64,000 nucleotides of DNA, from the NCBI GenBank assembly GCA_963765495.1, contig CAVXWP010000007.1, positions 192,001-256,000 of the forward strand, in the 5' to 3' direction. The translations under genes were made by a program, and so were the position numbers. This document shows, one piece after another, positions 57,914-64,000 of the stretch (its first letter is position 1; each line of letters starts with the position of its first letter). The notes under the pieces were generated by a model. That model saw only the letters and a list, made by a program, of their open reading frames with translations, was not told the DNA's origin and ran no database searches. Source of the DNA: Blastocatellia bacterium (GTDB taxonomy: Bacteria > Acidobacteriota > Blastocatellia > UBA7656).

Positions 57914-58348
57914 ATGCAAACATTCGTGCCAAGCGGCAAGAACCTTGAGCAGAACCGGAAATGGTTTATCATCGATGCCAGTGGCAAGACCGTTGGCCGG
58001 CTGGCGACGCAGGCTGCCATGATCTTGATGGGTAAGACCAAGCCTACCTATACGCCTTTTCTGGATGTAGGCGACCACATTGTTATCATAAACGCCGAAA
58101 AGGTGGTCTTTACCGGCAACAAATTGCAGGATAAAGTATATCGCCATCACACGGGGTATCCGGGCGGGCTTAAAGAGATCACGGCTCAAAAGCAGATGCA
58201 GCGCCACCCGGAGCGGGTGCTGGAATCGGCAATCCGGGGCATGCTTCCAAAGACCAAGCTTGGCCGCAAGATGGGCAAAAAGCTCAAAGTCTATGCCGGT
58301 TCGGATCATCCGCATCAGGCTCAACAGCCCGAATCGCTTGACGTATGA
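57914..58348 (+). CDS. rplM: 50S ribosomal protein L13
   Basis: [41 protein letters not shown]. Confidence 0.98.
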   Translation: MQTFVPSGKNLEQNRKWFIIDASGKTVGRLATQAAMILMGKTKPTYTPFLDVGDHIVIINAEKVVFTGNKLQDKVYRHHTGYPGGLKEITAQKQMQRHPERVLESAIRGMLPKTKLGRKMGKKLKVYAGSDHPHQAQQPESLDV

Positions 58349-58440
58349 TCCTCTGGTTTAGGCAAGTTCTCAGCCCGGCCCGCAAAGCCCTCTCTGAGAT
58401 GGCTCAAGGCCGGGCCCTATGATTTGAAGGAGAGTTTATA

Positions 58441-58836
58441 GTGGCAGAGACTATTCAAAACTACGGCACGGGCCGGCGCAAGAGCGCGACCGCGCGGGTT
58501 TATATAAAACCCGGATCGGGAGAGATCACGGTAAACAAGCGCAAGCTTGAAGAATACTTCCCGAACGAGACGCATCGAATGGTGATACGCCAGCCGCTTC
58601 ACCTGATCGATTCGGTAGGCAAATTCGACATACTCGTAAACGTCGCCGGAGGCGGGAGCGCAGGGCAGGCGGGCGCGGTGCGTCACGGGCTGACGCGCGC
58701 TCTTATCGAACTCAATCCCGACTTCCGCACAAGGCTCAAGAAGGCCGGTTTTGTCAGCCGCGACCCGCGCGCCAAAGAGCGAAAGAAGTATGGTCAGAAG
58801 GGCGCTCGCAAGCGGTTCCAGTTCTCGAAACGATAA
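58441..58836 (+). CDS. rpsI: 30S ribosomal protein S9
   Basis: [27 protein letters not shown]...QFSKR. Confidence 0.98.
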   Translation: MAETIQNYGTGRRKSATARVYIKPGSGEITVNKRKLEEYFPNETHRMVIRQPLHLIDSVGKFDILVNVAGGGSAGQAGAVRHGLTRALIELNPDFRTRLKKAGFVSRDPRAKERKKYGQKGARKRFQFSKR

Positions 58837-58842
58837 TTGCTT

Positions 58843-58911
58843 TGTGATGAGTAATGCGTTATGCGTGATCGGAGTTTTTCCTTTTCACGCATCACACATT
58901 ACCCATCACTC
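58843..58911. repeat. Degenerate inverted (CGTGATG)n hairpin after rpsI
   Basis: gtgatgagtaatgcgttatgcgtga ... tcacgcatcacacattacccatcac. Confidence 0.7.
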
Positions 58912-59006
58912 AATCCATTGCCGGTCCTCGCGATTGGTTGTTCCAGCAGGGCAATTGGGACGCGGGCCGGTGAGTACATAAACCAATTCAACTTTAGGAG
59001 GAACGA

Positions 59007-60221
59007 TTGGCTACCGTAACTATGAAAGAACTGCTTGAAGCCGGTGTCCACTTCGGGCATCAGGTCAGGCGGTGGAATCCGAAGATGAAAGAGTTCATCT
59101 TTGGCGAGCGAAACGGAATCTACATCATTGACCTTCAGAAGACGCAGCGCCTCTTTAAGGAAGCGGTCAAATTTGTGACCCAGCAGGCTCTTGATAACAG
59201 GAGCTTCCTTTTCGTAGGCACAAAGCGCCAGGCTCAGGACGCCGTTGAGGAAGAGGCCAAACGATGTAATCAATATTATGTAAATCAGCGATGGCTCGGC
59301 GGATTGCTGACTAACTTTCAGACGGTTCAAAAATCCATCCAGCGCATGAAAGATATAGAAGCCATGCGAAATGATGGACGGTTCGAGGCCCTGACTAAAA
59401 AAGAGCGACTGGGACTTGACCGCGAACACGCGGCGCTTGAAAAAAACCTCGCGGGCATCCGCGATATGCGACGGTTGCCGGATGTGATCTTTATCATTGA
59501 TTCCAATAAAGAAGAGATCGCAGTCCACGAGGCCAATAAACTCGGCATTCCGACCGTCGCCATAGTCGATACCAACTGTAATCCCGACGGGATAGACTAT
59601 ATCGTACCGGGCAATGACGATGCCTTGCGAGCCGTTCGCCTGTTTGCGTCAAAGATGGCCGACGCCATCATCGAGGGGCAGCAGATGCTCAAGGAAGGCG
59701 CAGCCGACGGGGCCGAAGAGACCGAAACGGTAGATATGGCCTCTGTTTCGGGGGCTTCTGATGCGCCTCGCGGCGAGCGAGGTGACAGGGGTGATCGAGG
59801 TGATCGGCGTGATAGAGGACGCTCGCGCGGGGACAGGCGAGGAGGACGCCCCGCTCGCACTACGTATGTGCCGCCAGGCGCGCCTCCCATGCCGGAGACG
59901 GCTCCTGAGAGCGCATCCGATCAGGGAGGCAGGGCTGCTCCTTCGGGTGCGGTGGCTGCTTCGATCAGCCCCGAAGCTATCTCCGAGCAACCCGGTATGC
60001 AGATGTCATCTCCGGGGCATCGCGGACACCACGAAACCGTTGATGCAGAGCAGGAGACTGTGCCGCCCGTGACCGCTCCGGCAGCCGAGCACGTTGCAGG
60101 CGCTTTCGGTGAAGAGCCTAATCAGGAGACCACCGAGCCTCAACTGCTACCGGCAGAGCATCCGGCCGATAAAGCCAGCCCCGACAATGCAAGCGCAGAG
60201 GCGGCTGAAGCGACAGAATAA
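59007..60221 (+). CDS. rpsB: 30S ribosomal protein S2 with long C-terminal extension
   Basis: [30 protein letters not shown]; TTG start after AGGAGG. Confidence 0.98.
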   Translation: MATVTMKELLEAGVHFGHQVRRWNPKMKEFIFGERNGIYIIDLQKTQRLFKEAVKFVTQQALDNRSFLFVGTKRQAQDAVEEEAKRCNQYYVNQRWLGGLLTNFQTVQKSIQRMKDIEAMRNDGRFEALTKKERLGLDREHAALEKNLAGIRDMRRLPDVIFIIDSNKEEIAVHEANKLGIPTVAIVDTNCNPDGIDYIVPGNDDALRAVRLFASKMADAIIEGQQMLKEGAADGAEETETVDMASVSGASDAPRGERGDRGDRGDRRDRGRSRGDRRGGRPARTTYVPPGAPPMPETAPESASDQGGRAAPSGAVAASISPEAISEQPGMQMSSPGHRGHHETVDAEQETVPPVTAPAAEHVAGAFGEEPNQETTEPQLLPAEHPADKASPDNASAEAAEATE

Positions 60222-60348
60222 GGGATGAGGGATGAGGGATGAGGGATGAAAAGGATTGTAGGGGAAGACTCCGGTAATTGGTCAAACCCAATTAATCGGA
60301 ATTTTCCCTTAGACTCTTTTCATCCCTCATCCCTCCCGAAATCCCTCA
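60221..60348. repeat. Inverted (AGGGATG)4 ... (CATCCCT)2-3 element without a gene
   Basis: Same heptamer and inner borders (GGGATGAAAAGGA / CTTTTCATCCC) as the element at 1586-2034. Confidence 0.9.
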
Positions 60349-60370
60349 GATAAGGGAGAATTAAGTACCG

Positions 60371-61042
60371 ATGGCAAACCCAGTTACACCAGCGACGATA
60401 AAGGCGCTCAGAGAGAAGACCGGCGCGGGAATGATGGAGTGCAAGTCTGCGCTCACGGAAGCCGGCGGCGAAGAAGAGAAGGCTATTGAGATTTTGCGCA
60501 AGCGCGGGCTTGCGACGGCAACCAAGAAGGCGGGCCGCGTGGCCGCCGAAGGTCTGGTCGATTCATATATTCACGCGGGCGGAAAGATAGGCGTGCTCGT
60601 AGAGGTCAACTGCGAAACCGATTTCGTAGCCCGCAGCGAAGAGTTCCGCTCTTTCGTCCACGACCTGGCGATGCACATAACGGCGGCTGAACCGCGCTTT
60701 GCCGCCAAGGAAGAGGTGCCTGCCGAACTGCTTGAAAAGGAGCGCGAGATCGCTTTGGAACAGGCTCGCTCCGATCCGAAGAACGCCAACAAGCCCGAAC
60801 AGGTGCTTGAAAAGATTGTCGAAGGCAGGGTCTCGAAATTCTATCAGGAATCCTGTCTGATGGAGCAGGCTTATGTTAAGGACCAGAACATCACGGTTGG
60901 AGACCTCGTGCGCCAGATGGTATCGAAGACCGGCGAAAACATAAGAGTCCGCCGCTTCACCCGTTTTAAGATGGGCGAGGGGATCGAGAAACGATCATCG
61001 GACCTCGGGGCCGAGGTTCAAGAACTGCTCGGCGGAAATTAA
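60371..61042 (+). CDS. tsf: Elongation factor Ts (short form)
   Basis: [23 protein letters not shown]. Confidence 0.98.
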   Translation: MANPVTPATIKALREKTGAGMMECKSALTEAGGEEEKAIEILRKRGLATATKKAGRVAAEGLVDSYIHAGGKIGVLVEVNCETDFVARSEEFRSFVHDLAMHITAAEPRFAAKEEVPAELLEKEREIALEQARSDPKNANKPEQVLEKIVEGRVSKFYQESCLMEQAYVKDQNITVGDLVRQMVSKTGENIRVRRFTRFKMGEGIEKRSSDLGAEVQELLGGN

Positions 61043-61047
61043 ATGTC

Positions 61048-61076
61048 AAAAAGCCTCTCGCAAGAGAGGCTTTTTA
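61048..61076 (+). terminator. Terminator-like hairpin after tsf
   Basis: aaaagcctctc-gcaa-gagaggcttttt. Confidence 0.75.
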
Positions 61077-61093
61077 GTGTGCGAAATAACAAG

Positions 61094-61870
61094 ATGTCTG
61101 CAAATTCTAAACCTGTCTATAAGCGAATACTCCTGAAGTTATCGGGCGAGGCGTTGATGGGCGACCAGTCCTTCGGGATAGACCCTGACACGCTCAATCG
61201 AATAGCTCACGAGATCAAGGAAGTTCATGATCTGGGCGTAGAAGTGGCCATAGTCGTCGGCGGAGGAAACATCTTTCGAGGCATGGCGCTTTCTGCGAAA
61301 GGCATGGACCGCGCCTCGGCCGATTTTATGGGCATGCTTGCCACGGCGATGAACGGAGTGGCGTTGCAAGACGCGCTCGAAAAAGAGAACGTCTTTACCC
61401 GCGTGATGTCGGCCATAGACATGCGCGAAGTGGCCGAGCCCTTTATTCGCCGCCGCGCCATACGCCATCTGGAAAAGGGGCGCGTGGTAATCTTTGCCGC
61501 CGGAACAGGCAACCCTTTCTTTACCACGGATTCGGCAGCGGCGCTTCGAGCCCTTGAGATAAAGGCCGATGCGATACTGAAAGCTACGAAGGTAGAAGGC
61601 ATATACACGGCCGATCCCAAGATGGATACAACTGCCGTTATGTTTGACAGCCTGACCTATCTGGATGTGATTCAGCGCGATCTGAAGGTGATGGACACAT
61701 CGGCCATCAGCCTTTGTCGCGAGCGCGGCGTGCCTATACACGTCTTCAATCTGCACAAGCACGGCAACATATCCCGCGTAGTCCGAGGCGAAAAGGTCGG
61801 GACCGTGGTTTGGGATAAGCCGTCGCCCACGCCCGAAGAGGCAATAGGCCGACCGTCGCAATCCTCCTGA
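61094..61870 (+). CDS. pyrH: UMP kinase
   Basis: [29 protein letters not shown]. Confidence 0.98.
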   Translation: MSANSKPVYKRILLKLSGEALMGDQSFGIDPDTLNRIAHEIKEVHDLGVEVAIVVGGGNIFRGMALSAKGMDRASADFMGMLATAMNGVALQDALEKENVFTRVMSAIDMREVAEPFIRRRAIRHLEKGRVVIFAAGTGNPFFTTDSAAALRALEIKADAILKATKVEGIYTADPKMDTTAVMFDSLTYLDVIQRDLKVMDTSAISLCRERGVPIHVFNLHKHGNISRVVRGEKVGTVVWDKPSPTPEEAIGRPSQSS

Positions 61871-61996
61871 TTTTAACCTTTGGATTTTGGATTGACGGAG
61901 GGTTCGTCAAGTATTTAATCTAAAATCCAAACTCGCGCCGCGCGCAGCGCATAATGCGCCATGAAAATCTAAAATCAGGAGGGCGGAGGAACCTGA

Positions 61997-62557
61997 ATGG
62001 AAATCAAAGATATACTTAAAGAAACCGACACTCGTATGGACAGCGTGGTTGAAGACAGCCGCCGGAAATTTGCTACCGTGCGGACGGGCCGCGCCAGCGT
62101 GGGTCTGCTTGATGGCGTGACGGTCGAATATTACGGCACGCAGATGCCGCTCAATCAGATCGCAACTATTCACGCGCCTGAGCCGACAATGCTTACGGTG
62201 CAGCCGTTCGATCCTACACAGATCAACACCATCGAGAAGGGAATACGCGCATCCGACCTGGGGTTCAATCCCTCAAATGACGGTAAACTAATTCGCGTCC
62301 CGGTCCCGCCGCTCACCGAAGACCGCCGCAGGCAAATGGTAAAGGTAGTGCACGAAATAGCGGAAGAGCATCGCACGGCGGTGCGCAATATCCGGCGCGA
62401 TTCAAACGAACACCTGAAGAAACTGCTCAAGGAAAAATCTATCTCGGAAGACAACGAACGAGACGGTCTTGACGAGGTCCAAAAACTGACCGATCAGCAT
62501 ATCTCCAGAATTAACGAACTGTCGGAACACAAAGAAAAAGAAGTGATGACGGTCTAG
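61997..62557 (+). CDS. frr: Ribosome recycling factor
   Basis: [27 protein letters not shown]. Confidence 0.98.
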   Translation: MEIKDILKETDTRMDSVVEDSRRKFATVRTGRASVGLLDGVTVEYYGTQMPLNQIATIHAPEPTMLTVQPFDPTQINTIEKGIRASDLGFNPSNDGKLIRVPVPPLTEDRRRQMVKVVHEIAEEHRTAVRNIRRDSNEHLKKLLKEKSISEDNERDGLDEVQKLTDQHISRINELSEHKEKEVMTV

Positions 62558-62558
62558 C

Positions 62559-62696
62559 GATTTTGGATTTTAGATTTTGGATTTTGGATTTTGGATTTTA
62601 TGTTCGGAGATTGGATTGTACGGTCAAACGATATTTCCGCTAAATCTGCAATCCAAAATCTAAAATCCAAAATCTAAAATCCAAAATCTAAAATCC
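62559..62696. repeat. Inverted (GATTTTG/GATTTTA)n element between convergent genes
   Basis: About six units per arm; a degenerate copy of the same type lies at 61869-61977. Confidence 0.9.
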
Positions 62697-63093
62697 CGTT
62701 GATTGTGTCGAGAAGATTGCTGATAGAGAAAGGTTTTACAAGCACGGCCGCCGCGCCGATGGAGCGAGCCGCTTTCTCGGCCAGATGATTCGAGATGGCC
62801 GATGTCACGATGACGGGCGGCACACTGGTTCCCGATTTCAGCAGATTTTTTATCATCTCAACGCCGTCCATGTCGGGCAGCGTTAAATCGAGCAGCACTA
62901 TATCAAGTCGCTTATCGCTTCCATTTGAGGTGGACGCGGATAAGGCTTCAAACGCCGCGCCGCCGGTCGCGCTCCAAATCACTTCGTGGCCCGCCGATTC
63001 CAGAACGAGCTTTAGCATCTCAGCCGAATCGGTGTCGTCTTCGACAATTAATATCCTGCCTGTTGCGGCTTGTCTTTCTGCTCCCGTAATCAT
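62674..63093 (-). CDS. Single-domain response regulator
   Basis: ILIVEDD, LLDLTLPDMDG, TSA, KPF. Confidence 0.93.
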   Translation of the reverse strand: MITGAERQAATGRILIVEDDTDSAEMLKLVLESAGHEVIWSATGGAAFEALSASTSNGSDKRLDIVLLDLTLPDMDGVEMIKNLLKSGTSVPPVIVTSAISNHLAEKAARSIGAAAVLVKPFSISNLLDTINGILDFGF

Positions 63094-63118
63094 ATTAAAT
63101 CCATAAGAAGCTCTCGCT

Positions 63119-64000
63119 CTATGCCTCGCCTTTGGCCAGAGGCAACAGGATGGTGAATGTGCTTCCTTTACCCAGGGCCGAACGCGCCGTGAGCCTGCCC
63201 CCGTGCTGTTCGACTATTGCTCTGGAAATGTACAGACCCATCCCGATTCCTCCCCTCGATGTTCGATGGCGTCCGGGCGCTTGATAAAATCTGTTGAAGA
63301 TCGAATCTAATTCCTTTTCGGCTATTCCCCTTCCGTAATCCTGCACTTCGATCCGAACCCGTTCGACAGGCGTTTCGCTTTCTCCGGTTTCGCGCACGCG
63401 CTTCGCCCTTATTTCCACCGGCTTATCGTCATAGGCATATTTGAATGCGTTTTCACAGAGATTCATCACAACTTGAAGTATGCGTTGTTCGTCGCCTAAG
63501 ACGATCAACGGTTTGTCTTTTTCCTTTATCTCAAAGTCTATTTTTCTGCCGGGGCTTAAAATCTCACATTCCTCCAGGGCTTGTTCCAATAGCTTTACCA
63601 CATCCACGCGCTTTCGTTCGAGCGAGAGCTTGCCGGTCTCAAGCCTCGAAACATCGAAGAGGTCTTCCACCATGCGATTGATATGATTGATTTGCTTTCT
63701 GAGCTTTCCGACATAACCGCCTATGCGCTTATCCCATACCGGGTCTTCCTGCTTTTCCTTCTCTTCGGCTATGGCGGCAAGTATGTCGGTGTAGCCCGAT
63801 AGCGGCACAAGCGGTGTGCGCAATTCGTGGCTCGCCATAGAGATAAAATCGTCTTTGAGGCGGTCCAGGCGTTCAAGCTCCTGGCGCGCTCTTATGTGCT
63901 CGGTCACTTCGACCGCCGTTACCACTATAAAGCGCACCTCGCCCTCTTCCTTCCCATCGGTGAAAGGGATAGGGGCAAGGCTGGAATCGAGTATGATCTC
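63119..64000 (-). CDS. PAS/PAC sensor histidine kinase, 5'-truncated by the window
   Basis: SHELRTPL H-box, NLCENAFKY, DYGRGI, G.GMGL, GKGSTF; the frame is open to the window edge. Confidence 0.93.
   Translation of the reverse strand, partial: EIILDSSLAPIPFTDGKEEGEVRFIVVTAVEVTEHIRARQELERLDRLKDDFISMASHELRTPLVPLSGYTDILAAIAEEKEKQEDPVWDKRIGGYVGKLRKQINHINRMVEDLFDVSRLETGKLSLERKRVDVVKLLEQALEECEILSPGRKIDFEIKEKDKPLIVLGDEQRILQVVMNLCENAFKYAYDDKPVEIRAKRVRETGESETPVERVRIEVQDYGRGIAEKELDSIFNRFYQAPGRHRTSRGGIGMGLYISRAIVEQHGGRLTARSALGKGSTFTILLPLAKGEA

Noticed and set aside
61043-61093. N-terminal extension of PyrH from ATG 61043
   Set aside because: It overlaps the terminator-like hairpin after tsf; ATG 61094 gives a normal-length protein.
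45194-62696. CRISPR array
   Set aside because: The repeats are 7-mers in tandem without unique spacers, and no cas genes are present.

Overview
This is a GC-rich bacterial chromosomal window, probably from Acidobacteriota (Blastocatellia-like). That assignment is inferred from the Oar-type TonB receptors, the kinase-coupled ECF sigma factor and the style of the intergenic repeats. Core blocks are mutS2-dnaG-rpoD (minus strand) and rplM-rpsI-rpsB-tsf-pyrH-frr (plus strand). Seven observations stand out. (1) A 10-kb gene encodes a 3359-aa protein with no signal peptide, behind a consensus sigma70 promoter and a ~380-nt leader. It is followed by three tandem, mosaic, internally duplicated ~240-aa N/Q/S/T-rich paralogues; this is the best candidate for an undescribed system. 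(2) A secreted transglutaminase-like protein lacking the catalytic Cys is paired with a 2137-aa multidomain surface protein, divergent from an ECF sigma/Ser-Thr kinase pair. (3) An NrdD-like protein has lost its radical and catalytic motifs. (4) An AhpD-like CxxU selenoprotein is split by the ORF caller at an in-frame TGA. (5) A dense family of inverted heptamer-array elements occurs between genes; one carries a four-helix-bundle (IVS/Avd-like) gene and has an empty twin between rpsB and tsf. (6) A 144-bp MITE with CAGGG ends and a 10-bp target duplication lies before rplM. (7) One TonB-dependent receptor gene is frameshifted. No rRNA, tRNA, CRISPR array, transposase or reverse transcriptase was seen. 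All calls come from motif recognition by eye, without database searches.
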